A stretch of 64,000 nt of DNA from IMGVR_UViG_3300028558_000016:124001-188000; one strand, 5' to 3'; counted from the stretch's first letter, positions 36,455 through 46,813 are shown. The notes: a model not told the origin generated them from the letters alone. Program-made: numbers and translations.

Positions 36455-36492
36455 CTTTTACGAATATATAAGTAAATAGAAGTCTTTAAATA

Positions 36493-38253
36493 ATGGCAAC
36501 CACCTCAACAAATAGCACACCGTCACTCGTCATGTTCCAGAAGAGCAGACTTGCGATAGAGCTTCTCATAAAGGATACGATCGAATATACGGTAACGACT
36601 TTCAAGCAAGGAAGAACAAACTTCACCGTGGCTTCTGCCTATGGTCAGATCATATTCGTTACGCAAAACATCGCACAGCTCATACTATATTACATCGAAG
36701 ATTCCATCACGGAATTAAACATAAGAACTGCGACAAGGTCAAACTCAGTTTATGGAATTGCTACTCTTGCAGGGCACAATCCAACAAGAGCTGTTGGTGC
36801 AACCGGCGAGATAAGTCTTCTTGCAAAGAATCCAGGAACTACAGACATCCCAAGCGGAATAGTCGTAATTCCTAACTTCACAAAGATCAAGTGTAAGAAC
36901 AACGGATTGGATTACATCATAGATCTTCCAACTGACGACATAAGAGTTTCTGCAAACGGAAACAATAACGGAATATCGATGGGAATAATTCAAGGAACCA
37001 TTGAGACCCAGACGTTCACAGGAACTGGAGAGCCTCTTCAATCCGTAAGTGCAAGCATTCAACAGACCGCATTGGTAGATAACTTCTTCGTAAACGTTTA
37101 TGTGAACGGAGAGAAGTGGAAGAAGTATGATTCGATTTATGACATTCCAAGAAATGGAAAAGGTTACATAATCAAAAATGGCATCACAAGCGGAATAGAC
37201 GTTTTCTTTGGTAACACAAACTTTGGATTACAACCAGTATTAGGTGCAGAAATAAACGTTGAGTATCTTGTTACATCAGGTCAAACTGGAAACATAACTC
37301 TCACCGATACTGAGGAAGCTCTTTACGAATGGACCGACACAGGCTTCACGATATTCGGAGATGACGTTGACTTGAACGAAACTTTCTTGATCAAGAACGT
37401 TAACGCACCAGATTTTGGAACAAATCCAGAACCTCTCGCATTGACGAGACTCGTTGCTCCTAAAGTTTCGAGAAGCTTGGTTCTTGCAAATCCAGACAAC
37501 TACATAATTTTCTTTGAGAAGTTTAATTTATTTTCCATCATAGACGCGTTCTCAACTCCAGGAGACAACAACATAGATGACGACAACGTGATCTACGTAT
37601 TTTTAATTCCAGATGTTAGAAAGAGAATGAAGAGCAACGAGAATTATTTCACCATCGAAGAAAGCAGATTTGTTTTAAGCACTAACCAAAAGAATAAAGT
37701 TCTTGATTACATCGAGAGAAGCGGTTCAAAGATCGTTACGACTATCGTGACTTTGATAGATCCTGTTTTCAGCAGATACGTGATTAACATTGCGTTGATC
37801 ATCTTTCAAGGACACTCAGAAGAGAGCATCAGACAGGCAGTGTTGCAAAGGCTTTCCGATTACTTCATTCAGATAAGAAGAAGAGACAGAATACCAAGAT
37901 CGGATTTAATTTCAATAATAGAAGGAATTGATGGAATTGACACAGTCAACATCAGCATAGTTTCAGAAAGAGATGAGCTTGATTTCATAAAATGGAGCGA
38001 GCTTACCGATGCACAAAAGCTTACGATACCTCAACCGACTCCAACAGCGTTGGACGAGTTTGGAGACATCATAATCAAGCAGAGGGATCTTCCAATAATC
38101 AAAGGTGGTTGGGACGATAGAAGAGGAATCACTTATGAGACTGGAATAAACGAGGATAAACCTTCTGCAGTTAATATAATAATAAAAGACGTTGTTCCAA
38201 AGACTTACAACACGGATTTTAATGCCAACACAAAATCAGATCTTAGGGGATAA
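36493..38253 (+). CDS. Baseplate wedge protein (T4 gp6 / baseplate J-like)
   Basis: ELNIRTATRSNSVYGIATLAGHNPTRA, VYVNGEKW, VFFGNTNFG..P..GAEINVEYL.TSG..GN. Confidence 0.8.
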   Translation: MATTSTNSTPSLVMFQKSRLAIELLIKDTIEYTVTTFKQGRTNFTVASAYGQIIFVTQNIAQLILYYIEDSITELNIRTATRSNSVYGIATLAGHNPTRAVGATGEISLLAKNPGTTDIPSGIVVIPNFTKIKCKNNGLDYIIDLPTDDIRVSANGNNNGISMGIIQGTIETQTFTGTGEPLQSVSASIQQTALVDNFFVNVYVNGEKWKKYDSIYDIPRNGKGYIIKNGITSGIDVFFGNTNFGLQPVLGAEINVEYLVTSGQTGNITLTDTEEALYEWTDTGFTIFGDDVDLNETFLIKNVNAPDFGTNPEPLALTRLVAPKVSRSLVLANPDNYIIFFEKFNLFSIIDAFSTPGDNNIDDDNVIYVFLIPDVRKRMKSNENYFTIEESRFVLSTNQKNKVLDYIERSGSKIVTTIVTLIDPVFSRYVINIALIIFQGHSEESIRQAVLQRLSDYFIQIRRRDRIPRSDLISIIEGIDGIDTVNISIVSERDELDFIKWSELTDAQKLTIPQPTPTALDEFGDIIIKQRDLPIIKGGWDDRRGITYETGINEDKPSAVNIIIKDVVPKTYNTDFNANTKSDLRG

Positions 38254-39125
38254 TGAAATTAGAATGCGTAATAATTTGCATCAATTACAGTGACTTCTTG
38301 AGCCACACATTACCATCCAACAAATCTCTTTGCGACAGGATTGTCGTAGTGACCGACGCAAAGGACACAAAAACAAAAACAGTCTGCGAGTTTTGGAACG
38401 TGCAATGCGTTCAAACGGATGACGTGTATCAGAACGGCTCGAAGATTCCCAACAAGGGAATTGCAATAAATAAAGGACTTGAAGTATTGTCTAAAAGCGA
38501 TTGGGTCCTTCACATGGACGCAGACGTTTTTCTTCTTCCTCTCACTCGACAAATTCTTGAGAGAATGACTTTAGAAAAAGACAGCTTGTATGGAACCGAC
38601 AGGATGATGTGCGAGTCCTATGAGGATTGGCATTACTTCCTTCACCCAACAACAGAGGCAAAATCTTTGCATGAGGGTTGGATATACCTTCACATGGACA
38701 GATTTAAAATAGGAACAAGACTCGTGCAATACCACGAGGGAGGATATTGGCCTATTGGATATTTTCAATTGTGGAATCCAAAAGGAAGCGGAGTGTTCGA
38801 TTATCCAGTTGAAGGAGTTGGATTCGACAGAACAGACGTCGTTCATCTGAAGAGATGGGAATCAAGCAAAAGAAGATTCATTCCTGATTTCGTTGTTGTT
38901 CACCTATCAAACGAATCACACGGACAAGGACAGAATTGGCATGGAAGAAAAACGAGAATGTTTGAGCCAGAGTTTCAAACAAACCTGGTGAAGGGAATAA
39001 AAAACTTCTTTGGAAAAATCAAAGAGAAGATAAAGAAATTCATCAAGAAGAAAGAAACAAAGATAGAACATAAGCCGAAGAAGGAAGTAAAAAAAGAAGA
39101 GCCACCAAAAGGATATGCCACTTAA
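38253..39125 (+). CDS. GT-A fold glycosyltransferase (family 2-like)
   Basis: VIICINYSDFL, IVVVTD, NKGIAINKGL, WVLHMDADV, GYFQL. Confidence 0.8.
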   Translation: MKLECVIICINYSDFLSHTLPSNKSLCDRIVVVTDAKDTKTKTVCEFWNVQCVQTDDVYQNGSKIPNKGIAINKGLEVLSKSDWVLHMDADVFLLPLTRQILERMTLEKDSLYGTDRMMCESYEDWHYFLHPTTEAKSLHEGWIYLHMDRFKIGTRLVQYHEGGYWPIGYFQLWNPKGSGVFDYPVEGVGFDRTDVVHLKRWESSKRRFIPDFVVVHLSNESHGQGQNWHGRKTRMFEPEFQTNLVKGIKNFFGKIKEKIKKFIKKKETKIEHKPKKEVKKEEPPKGYAT

Positions 39126-39360
39126 AAAATCATTATACGAGGTCACAGAACATTCACGTGACAACATACTCAACAAGGGATTCGATTATAAAGGAAAGAT
39201 ATTCGAGAAGACCATGTCGACTTTTCTATTTAAGGAAGAAAGAAGAGCAAACATCCTCGGATTTCTCGAAGACGTTTATTATGAATTGATCCAAAGAGTC
39301 AAGACCATAAAGACGTTTTACGATTACGCCAAGAAGAAAAATTATCGTGACTTCAACTAA
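39115..39360 (+). CDS. Small hypothetical protein (possibly baseplate-associated)
   Basis: 81 aa ORF between wedge genes. Confidence 0.55.
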   Translation: MPLKKSLYEVTEHSRDNILNKGFDYKGKIFEKTMSTFLFKEERRANILGFLEDVYYELIQRVKTIKTFYDYAKKKNYRDFN

Positions 39361-39446
39361 TGGTCCTGATCAAATGGGGATATTGTGACGTCAATCCTAT
39401 AGTTCAAGCGCTTGAACATTTTTATAAATTAAGAAAACGAAATTAG

Positions 39447-39454
39447 TATATTTG
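39447..39454 (+). promoter_or_regulatory. Bacteroidota-type -7 promoter box
   Basis: TATATTTG 4 nt before ATG 39459. Confidence 0.55.
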
Positions 39455-39458
39455 TAGT

Positions 39459-39983
39459 ATGAAACACATCAAACTATTTGAAGAACAAACAACCCACAGC
39501 AAGATTCTTTTCTTACATGGTCTTGATTCAAGACCTTATGAGGACAGACTTGCAATATTAAAGGAAACAGGCGCAGAAGTATTTGCTCCACACATCAACT
39601 ACAGGCAAGAAGACGAAACTTCAATTGCAGAAGACATCATCGAAAAAGAAGGAATAACTCATCTAATAGGACACTCATTGGGTGGAATACTTTCTTTCTA
39701 CCTTTCAAACAAACACAAGCTTCCTGCATTGATGTTCAACCCTGCATTTGGATCCATCAACAGAAAATATTTTGAGGAGATAAGAGAGCTTCAACAATAT
39801 CCTCCATTTGAAGAACAATACGCTGTCGTAGGTTTAAAGGACACAGTCATTCCTCCGGATGTTCAATTGGCAGGATTAAAACACGCACACGTGTTTGAAG
39901 AACCAGAAATGCCTCACACTATAGAACCAAAGCTATTTAAGAAGTACGTTGAATTATTTTCGGAAAAAACCAACATCAAGTGA
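39459..39983 (+). CDS. Leader-tagged alpha/beta hydrolase (YqiA/YcfP-like esterase)
   Basis: MKHIKLFEEQ; LFLHGLDS, IGHSLGG, LMFNPA, G.KDTVI, MPH. Confidence 0.85.
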   Translation: MKHIKLFEEQTTHSKILFLHGLDSRPYEDRLAILKETGAEVFAPHINYRQEDETSIAEDIIEKEGITHLIGHSLGGILSFYLSNKHKLPALMFNPAFGSINRKYFEEIRELQQYPPFEEQYAVVGLKDTVIPPDVQLAGLKHAHVFEEPEMPHTIEPKLFKKYVELFSEKTNIK

Positions 39984-40681
39984 AACACATAAAAGATTAT
40001 AACAAATTATTCGAGAACGAAAAGCCAATCATATCTTACGATTTTGACGGGTGTCTTCACGTTTCTGTTGTTGGACACGATCCAATTAACTTCACAGATC
40101 CTGAATCATGGGTTCCATTTACAGAGATGCACGAACAAATGAGAGAGGATGCAAAGACTCACACCATCGTCATTTGCACGGCAAGACCTCCTGAAACCGA
40201 AGTTTACGTTCAAGAATTTCTTGACATGTACAAGCTTCCGGTTGAAAAGATTTACGCAACAAACAATTTTCCAAAGACTCCTCTTCTCGTTGAGATTGGA
40301 GCCATAAAACATTACGACGACAACACTGGGCTCATTGAACCTTTACATAAAGCAGGAATAGAATTCGTTCTCGTCAACCCGTTCAACAGAACTCAACAGG
40401 TAATGGAAGGTGAAATACCTTTAAAAAATTACTTGATAACATTCATAAACGATAAGTTTTACATATCAGACAACACCATCAAAGCGTTCTTAGACAGGCT
40501 GGTTAAGCTTGACCCACACATGACGCATGACCCAAGAAGCGATGGAAAAGGAAAAAATTCAAGAGGAATAGTGATTAGAAGCGCAGCATTGAGTCAGCCT
40601 GACATCAAGGATTTATTTCCAGAATTCACCAAGAAGTATGATTGGTTGAAGATGGAGGTCGTAGCCACCAAATATATGTAG
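39980..40681 (+). CDS. Leader-tagged HAD-family phosphatase
   Basis: GTG start MKHIKDYNKLFENE; ISYDFDGCL, ICTAR, HYDDN. Confidence 0.8.
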   Translation: MKHIKDYNKLFENEKPIISYDFDGCLHVSVVGHDPINFTDPESWVPFTEMHEQMREDAKTHTIVICTARPPETEVYVQEFLDMYKLPVEKIYATNNFPKTPLLVEIGAIKHYDDNTGLIEPLHKAGIEFVLVNPFNRTQQVMEGEIPLKNYLITFINDKFYISDNTIKAFLDRLVKLDPHMTHDPRSDGKGKNSRGIVIRSAALSQPDIKDLFPEFTKKYDWLKMEVVATKYM

Positions 40682-40695
40682 GAATATATACTTAA

Positions 40696-43600
40696 ATGGC
40701 AGCTATAAGATACTTTGAGAACTTGCGTTTTTTCGACAAGCACGGAAATCCTTGCAACTTTACATACGATCCAGACAAGGACCTTTGGACAGGCCAATTG
40801 TTTTTCCCGAGAGTCTCAACAGAACTCTACGAGAACCAACACATATTCATAGTTGAGAACGTAATCGTTGGCTCTGGCACAGATGTCACATTCCCGGTTC
40901 TTGCAAACCAATCATCTCCAACGGCTGAAGATTGGAAAACAAGATGGGAAACCGACGATTCAATAGATCAGATATTCACATACGTCATAGTCAATGACGA
41001 TCAAGGAAATCCATTCATACAAGATTTCGAAGAAATTCTTTATGCCAACACTGCTGTGCCATACACCACAGCAAGCCCTGCAATGACAAAGGTCATTGCA
41101 TCTGCGAACTCAACACCTTTGAAGATAAACATCGCGTTAACGTCAAGCGATGAAGACATATATGAGAGAACTTTAATCATAGAAGATCTTTCCTTTGCAA
41201 CTCCAAGAGTTGTTGCCAAGATAGATTTTTATGGAGAGACTGTTGCTGAAGATGAGAGATTCAGATTGGTACTTGAAAACTTCGGAAGAACTTTCAACCA
41301 CCAAGACGAATTGATGTTGTCCAACTCAGACATCAAGGAACCTCTTCCAAACTGGATAAACACAAACAACAAGAGAAAAGAATTATTACTAACTGGAGAA
41401 CAGATCTATCCTTACGTTGGAGCTTACAAGGGATTGATCAACGTTATTAAATTCTTCGGTTACCAAGATTTAAGAATAAAGGAATACTGGTTGAACATCG
41501 ATCAGCACAGCGAGAATTACCAAAAGATATTACAATACCAATTGACTGGATTGTTCACGGACGAATTTGATCCGTTGATAAGAAATCCATTGATCGGAAG
41601 CACAGTGTACAAGAAGACTTCGATGTTCGGATTGTTCTATGACATCACAGTTGCCACAGGCGACGTCGATGAATTTGGAATACCTACAACAAGAAACGAA
41701 TTCATGTTCACGAACGAGGAAGTTCTCGTTAAATTATTTGCGTTAAAAGCAAAGCTGACACAGGAATTTCTTCCTTTGAATGCTAAGATAGTTGACATCG
41801 TTGGAGAAGGAATTTATTTTGAAAGATTTGGACAAAGATCTTGGACAGATCCAATCCACAACTTCTCAGCAAACCTTGCCGACAGAATAGACATAACGAG
41901 AAACGTTCAGCTTGGTTACATAAGGGATCTAAGGAAGTTTCACATCAAGAAGTTTCCTCAAGGAATGGACCTTCCGTTCTTCAGGTTCACCAACACGGTA
42001 AACCCATATACCACAGGACAGGTTTATCCACCAAGTTCAATACAGAGTTTCATCGACTCCATCAATACATTTTATGATGAGTTAAAAACATTTCCTTTCC
42101 CATACCATGGAGAGAAGGATAACTTTAAAGGTGACGAACCTGGAATAGTTGCAGGATGCCCTGTGATATTCCAAGCTCACGTGTTTGCATTCACCTGGGA
42201 TGACATGGACATGTCGTGGGACACTCTATCGTTCAACAACACACAATCTCCACAACCCAACTTCACGTTGTACACCTGGGACACTATCGACTTCAGCAAC
42301 TTCTACGAGGTTGAATGGACCATCGAGAAACCGGCTGATACTACTCTTGGATATTCGTTTAAGTTCAGAGGAAAGATTGCAGATTATTACAGGCTTCCAC
42401 ATTTTCTTCCTTACTCAGGAAAATACAAAGTCACTTTAGTATTATATGACTTGTTCAACCAATTCTCTATTCAGATAAAAGAGGATTTCATCGAAGTTCT
42501 CGATAGACAACTTGAGCTTGCAGCATTCTGCAGATTCAGAAATTTTGATGATTATTCTTGGGATGGAACAGGAGACACATGGGACGATCTTGGTGGTGCA
42601 TCATGGCATTTTCCTATAGAAGGAATAAGCACAAACGAGTCTCCAATACATGAGAAGCTTTTGACTTGGGCAAGATACAAGAATCAAGAAGACATGCAAG
42701 TGTTCAACGATGAATTTGAGATCTACCAAGACCTCATTGCATCAACTGAACCTAAAGCAAAAAACATAGGAACAAGAAACATAGGAGCTTGGGCAAACAT
42801 GGATCTTCCATGGGATGAATTATATCACTCAACGTGGGACATGTATGATTATCATGGAGAATTTCTCGGTGGTTTCAGAATATTCGATCCAGGATATGGA
42901 GATCAAATACAAATAGACGATTTCGATCCGTTCACATTTGTAGAGCCTTCGCCATTTGTTCCATTAACATTACAATTGGCAGCAGATCAATTGAACTCAT
43001 CAACTAATCCTGGAATAACTCACTTCACTTACGTTGTGAGATTCCAAAATCCTTTGTTGGTTGATTTTTACGTTCCTGTGAGTGATACAGAAAACGTTGC
43101 CATAACGGAAACTTTCGTTGTCACTGGAAATCTTGTGATTGACGGAACGTTCAATAACGCAGGAACTTTATATGTTGGAGGAAACATCGTCATCCAAGGA
43201 ACCGGTTCATTCAACAACACAGGATCTTACATAAACTCATTGCCTCCAAACAATCAATTCATCCATGCGTGCGCTAAGTTCCCTGGACCAGATGGTTGGA
43301 GATTCATAAATTATTTTGATACTAATTCACCAGCAATAACTGGTGACAGATACAGCTTTAGAAAACCAACGTGGCTTGAGACTATATTAGTTGATGACCT
43401 TGCTGACGCGATAGATGATTCACAAACTCCACCAGTCACAGTGGACAGAGACTTAATGTTCTTAGACGTTCCAATAACTGATTTGATATTGGAAGACACA
43501 AGTCCAAACACTACTCCAAGGCCTGACACATTGGCTTATTGGGAATTACATGGATACAAGAAGACGGAAGCTCCTACGTTTGATTTCCCTTACGGGCAAC

Positions 43601-43962
43601 GCAGAGGACATCTTCCATCTTGGTGGGGTTCTGGTGCATTCACCAACAACGATTTAAGAGTATTCCAAAGACACTTTGAAGTGCCATTGGGTGTTCCTGT
43701 ATTTTTAATACACAACATGAGCGAGATTCCAGGAAAGATGGATACACGTTGGGTGGTGACAAACGAATTGACTGGAGCAAAAGTGATCGAGACCAAGGAC
43801 AAACCTTTCTTGATAATCAACTTCTTAGAAGAGAGCTTATACACCGTTGAGTGTTGGGTTAACGATTCTAATGGAAATCCAAGCTACAAGAAGATAACAA
43901 GCTTTGTTAGGGCTGCAAGCAGAAAGACCATTGGAAAACCTGTGAACGTTGTCCTGGCTTAA
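40696..43962 (+). CDS. Large baseplate wedge-like structural protein with PKD-like domain
   Basis: YVGAYKGLINVIKFFGY, LPLNAKIVDIVGEG, GKYKVTLVLYD; repeated TWD motifs; located in baseplate module. Confidence 0.65.
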   Translation: MAAIRYFENLRFFDKHGNPCNFTYDPDKDLWTGQLFFPRVSTELYENQHIFIVENVIVGSGTDVTFPVLANQSSPTAEDWKTRWETDDSIDQIFTYVIVNDDQGNPFIQDFEEILYANTAVPYTTASPAMTKVIASANSTPLKINIALTSSDEDIYERTLIIEDLSFATPRVVAKIDFYGETVAEDERFRLVLENFGRTFNHQDELMLSNSDIKEPLPNWINTNNKRKELLLTGEQIYPYVGAYKGLINVIKFFGYQDLRIKEYWLNIDQHSENYQKILQYQLTGLFTDEFDPLIRNPLIGSTVYKKTSMFGLFYDITVATGDVDEFGIPTTRNEFMFTNEEVLVKLFALKAKLTQEFLPLNAKIVDIVGEGIYFERFGQRSWTDPIHNFSANLADRIDITRNVQLGYIRDLRKFHIKKFPQGMDLPFFRFTNTVNPYTTGQVYPPSSIQSFIDSINTFYDELKTFPFPYHGEKDNFKGDEPGIVAGCPVIFQAHVFAFTWDDMDMSWDTLSFNNTQSPQPNFTLYTWDTIDFSNFYEVEWTIEKPADTTLGYSFKFRGKIADYYRLPHFLPYSGKYKVTLVLYDLFNQFSIQIKEDFIEVLDRQLELAAFCRFRNFDDYSWDGTGDTWDDLGGASWHFPIEGISTNESPIHEKLLTWARYKNQEDMQVFNDEFEIYQDLIASTEPKAKNIGTRNIGAWANMDLPWDELYHSTWDMYDYHGEFLGGFRIFDPGYGDQIQIDDFDPFTFVEPSPFVPLTLQLAADQLNSSTNPGITHFTYVVRFQNPLLVDFYVPVSDTENVAITETFVVTGNLVIDGTFNNAGTLYVGGNIVIQGTGSFNNTGSYINSLPPNNQFIHACAKFPGPDGWRFINYFDTNSPAITGDRYSFRKPTWLETILVDDLADAIDDSQTPPVTVDRDLMFLDVPITDLILEDTSPNTTPRPDTLAYWELHGYKKTEAPTFDFPYGQRRGHLPSWWGSGAFTNNDLRVFQRHFEVPLGVPVFLIHNMSEIPGKMDTRWVVTNELTGAKVIETKDKPFLIINFLEESLYTVECWVNDSNGNPSYKKITSFVRAASRKTIGKPVNVVLA

Positions 43963-43977
43963 TTTGATATATAAATT

Positions 43978-44259
43978 ATGAGACACATAAAGCTTTTTGA
44001 AGCATATAATGCTGACAAGGTCCAAAGCGAATACGATGACATCATGGACGGTGCCGGTTGGGCAACTGATGGATACATCGATAATTTTTCCCCATTAAAC
44101 AAAGAAGAAAAGTATCAGCTTATGCTTAAGTTAGCAAAGAGTGGAAAACTTTTTGACGAAGATATTATTGGAGACGATGATAGTGGCGAAATGCCGAAGA
44201 AGGGTAAGATGTCTGTCAAAGACGTTGAAGAGAATTGGTCGTACTCCAAGAAAAAATAA
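43978..44259 (+). CDS. Leader-tagged hypothetical protein
   Basis: MRHIKLFEAYN; RATATATA 4 nt upstream. Confidence 0.78.
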   Translation: MRHIKLFEAYNADKVQSEYDDIMDGAGWATDGYIDNFSPLNKEEKYQLMLKLAKSGKLFDEDIIGDDDSGEMPKKGKMSVKDVEENWSYSKKK

Positions 44260-44265
44260 TATAGC

Positions 44266-45036
44266 ATGGCAAACAAAAGAAAAGGTAAGAAGTTTTCCAA
44301 AGAGGAAGAGGAAGAAATTCTGAACACCATGGAAGATAGAAACGCATCTAAGAATCCACTTAGTGCTAAGATAGATTTAAAGTGCAAAACAAACAATCAG
44401 AAGAAATTCATTAATCTCATAGCTGAGAAGGAGATAGTAATAGGTGCCGGTTTCGCTGGTACTGGAAAGACTTTTCTCTCCTGTGCAAAAGCGCTTCTTC
44501 TTTTGAAAGCAGATTCAAGATACAGAAAGATAATGCTCGTTAAATCCGTAACAGGATTAAAAGGAGAAGACATAGGTTTCCTTAAAGGCGAATTATCTGA
44601 CAAGATGGCACCTTACATGGAATCATTTAAGGACAACTTCAAAAAGATAATTGGAAAACCTGCCACTGACATGTTAGAAAACATGGGAATGATAGAGATT
44701 CAGCCTCTCTCATTTGTAAGAGGAAGAACCATCGACAACACAATCATGATCATTGACGAGGCTCAGAACATAAGCTTCGACAACATGAAAACGATCCTAA
44801 CGAGAATAGGTGAGAACAGCAAGATCATCGTCATAGGTGATACTAAGCAGATCGATTTAAAGAACAAGAGAGAATCTTCTTTAATGCAGTTGATGGAAAA
44901 ATTCAGCAAGAACGATTTGTTTGGAGTCATGCAATTTGAGAAGAGCGATCAGGTGAGAAATCCTATCATCAACATCATAGAAGAAATATTTGATGAATTA
45001 GAAACTGAAAACAAAGAGAATAAAAAAACCCGCTAA
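44266..45036 (+). CDS. phoH: PhoH family ATPase
   Basis: GFAGTGKT, IGFLKGELSDKMAPY, FVRGRTI, IIDEAQN, LTRIGENSK, GDTKQID. Confidence 0.95.
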   Translation: MANKRKGKKFSKEEEEEILNTMEDRNASKNPLSAKIDLKCKTNNQKKFINLIAEKEIVIGAGFAGTGKTFLSCAKALLLLKADSRYRKIMLVKSVTGLKGEDIGFLKGELSDKMAPYMESFKDNFKKIIGKPATDMLENMGMIEIQPLSFVRGRTIDNTIMIIDEAQNISFDNMKTILTRIGENSKIIVIGDTKQIDLKNKRESSLMQLMEKFSKNDLFGVMQFEKSDQVRNPIINIIEEIFDELETENKENKKTR

Positions 45037-45050
45037 ATTGCGGGTTTTTT
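45022..45050. terminator. Bidirectional terminator at convergent gene junction
   Basis: AAAAAAACCCGC-TAAATT-GCGGGTTTTTT spanning both stop codons. Confidence 0.85.
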
Positions 45051-45593
45051 CTTTTTGTTTATTTTCTTATCTAAAGCTTTTTTAGCTTCTTCCACCGTTG
45101 GCGGTTTGAAATTTTGTGTTATTTCTTTTTCTATTTCTGCAAGTGTTGTTCGTATCAAGTAATGAATTGGAACCTCTCTGAAGTCTGTTCTCTTTTCATC
45201 TTTAGCAAATTCTGTTCCGGCATTCAAATCAACTACTTCTATCAATGCTCTTAGATCATTATAATCTGCCATTGGGTAATAAGCAACCTTACATGCAACG
45301 ATTGAACCATCTCTGCTTGCCATTGAATAAACATCTCCTATTTGATGGGTCAACCAAAATTCAGTGTACTGGTACCTTGTGAATTTAATTTTTCCATCAA
45401 AGCTTTCTTTGTGTTTTGTAAAACAATGCTTGATGGTCTTAAATTTCTTCTTTGTTTTGTTTTCTGGATTCAAACACAGAAAACAGACAAAATCAATACA
45501 TGCCATTCTGACATTTCCTGTTTTAGTTTTCCCAATCACCTTCTCAAGAAGATCGAAGAACAATGCTAAGAGGTTTTTATTTTTCACGTTCAT
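45033..45593 (-). CDS. Hypothetical protein (start revised)
   Basis: MNVKNKN..., avoids long overlap with upstream ORF. Confidence 0.55.
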   Translation of the reverse strand: MNVKNKNLLALFFDLLEKVIGKTKTGNVRMACIDFVCFLCLNPENKTKKKFKTIKHCFTKHKESFDGKIKFTRYQYTEFWLTHQIGDVYSMASRDGSIVACKVAYYPMADYNDLRALIEVVDLNAGTEFAKDEKRTDFREVPIHYLIRTTLAEIEKEITQNFKPPTVEEAKKALDKKINKKKKPAI

Positions 45594-45879
45594 TAAGTTT
45601 ATTACGAATTTCACCAACAGAAGTTTGCATGAAATCACTTTTCCATTGTCCTTGCCATTGAACCATAACCTCTGTATCATCTGGTATATCTTTGTGCACA
45701 GTTATAAAATCTGTTGCTTTATTTACAATCACTACCTTGACATAATTGACCTTATTGAGGCTTCTTCCTGTCACAAATACAAGAAATGGGTGTTGTGTTA
45801 ATTTTAGGTCAAGTATTCCGCTTTCCCAAAAATCAGGAGTTGTTTCTCTTCCTTCTGTTATTACTGCTATTTTTTTCAT
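45577..45879 (-). CDS. Hypothetical protein
   Basis: 100 aa; VQWQGQWKSDF. Confidence 0.65.
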   Translation of the reverse strand: MKKIAVITEGRETTPDFWESGILDLKLTQHPFLVFVTGRSLNKVNYVKVVIVNKATDFITVHKDIPDDTEVMVQWQGQWKSDFMQTSVGEIRNKLNEREK

Positions 45880-46281
45880 TTATTTACTGTTTGTTGAATA
45901 TAACCAAGCTTCAAATAATTTTACAGCTTGGGCATCTCTATACAATTCAAATTCAAGAAATTTTCTTTTCGTATCAAATTTCTTGTTGTACAATCTTCCT
46001 ATTTTTTCCATTTGGTTCTCGCTCCAGGCAGGAATGATCGTAACGCTTTCATCTTCTTCGATTTTCTTTTGTTCTACATAGTGGTGAATCTTATTAAAAA
46101 ATTTTTCATTCAAGTGATACACTTCTTGATATGAATTTCCATCATCACCTTTAACGTCGAAGATGAACACAAATCTCTCATCGAGATAATCGCGTATCTC
46201 ATCTGAGAGCTTCCAATCCTTCTTGTCTCTGGCTTCTCTTCTTATGTCGATCAAATGATCAATGTACAAATAATCTAACAT
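45880..46281 (-). CDS. Stand-alone CysRS C-terminal (anticodon-binding)-like domain protein (start revised)
   Basis: IDHLIDIRREARDKKDWKLSDEIRDYL....IFD..G. Confidence 0.7.
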   Translation of the reverse strand: MLDYLYIDHLIDIRREARDKKDWKLSDEIRDYLDERFVFIFDVKGDDGNSYQEVYHLNEKFFNKIHHYVEQKKIEEDESVTIIPAWSENQMEKIGRLYNKKFDTKRKFLEFELYRDAQAVKLFEAWLYSTNSK

Positions 46282-46282
46282 A

Positions 46283-46780
46283 CTACTTTTTATAAATGAA
46301 ATATTTTTTCCTGATGTCATCTCTGAAATCAGAGAAATTTCCGTTTCCATTGTATGCAGCATTCCAAATGCTCTCAATGAGTTCGCTGTCCTTGTCTTTG
46401 TAATCCTTGTATTGCGTCTTAAGCTGTTCAAGAGTAAAAGTTCCGCATGAATGATCGGCCTTCAAATAATATTTTCCGATTTGTTCAGATTTTTCTGTGC
46501 ATTTATCTTTCCAGATCTGGAATTCATCTTCCTCGGATAACGGCGTGTTCCAAATTCTAACCACCATGAAGATTAATCCAGCAATCAATGCCGAAATCAT
46601 TCCCCATTTATTACCAACAATCACTGAGCTCCATAGAAGAGCTGTGATCATTTGTACAGGAACTATACTTGAGAATTTGCTAAGTACTTTTACGATGTAT
46701 GCTTCATACATTACTGTCACGAGATTGAAGCTCATGAATAAAGAAGCAAAAATGGTTATGAATAATAAGAAATTGTACAT
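46283..46780 (-). CDS. Membrane protein
   Basis: Three N-terminal TM segments. Confidence 0.65.
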   Translation of the reverse strand: MYNFLLFITIFASLFMSFNLVTVMYEAYIVKVLSKFSSIVPVQMITALLWSSVIVGNKWGMISALIAGLIFMVVRIWNTPLSEEDEFQIWKDKCTEKSEQIGKYYLKADHSCGTFTLEQLKTQYKDYKDKDSELIESIWNAAYNGNGNFSDFRDDIRKKYFIYKK

Positions 46781-46813
46781 GGGTTTTGTTTTTTTAGTTT
46801 TTTTAGTTTATAA

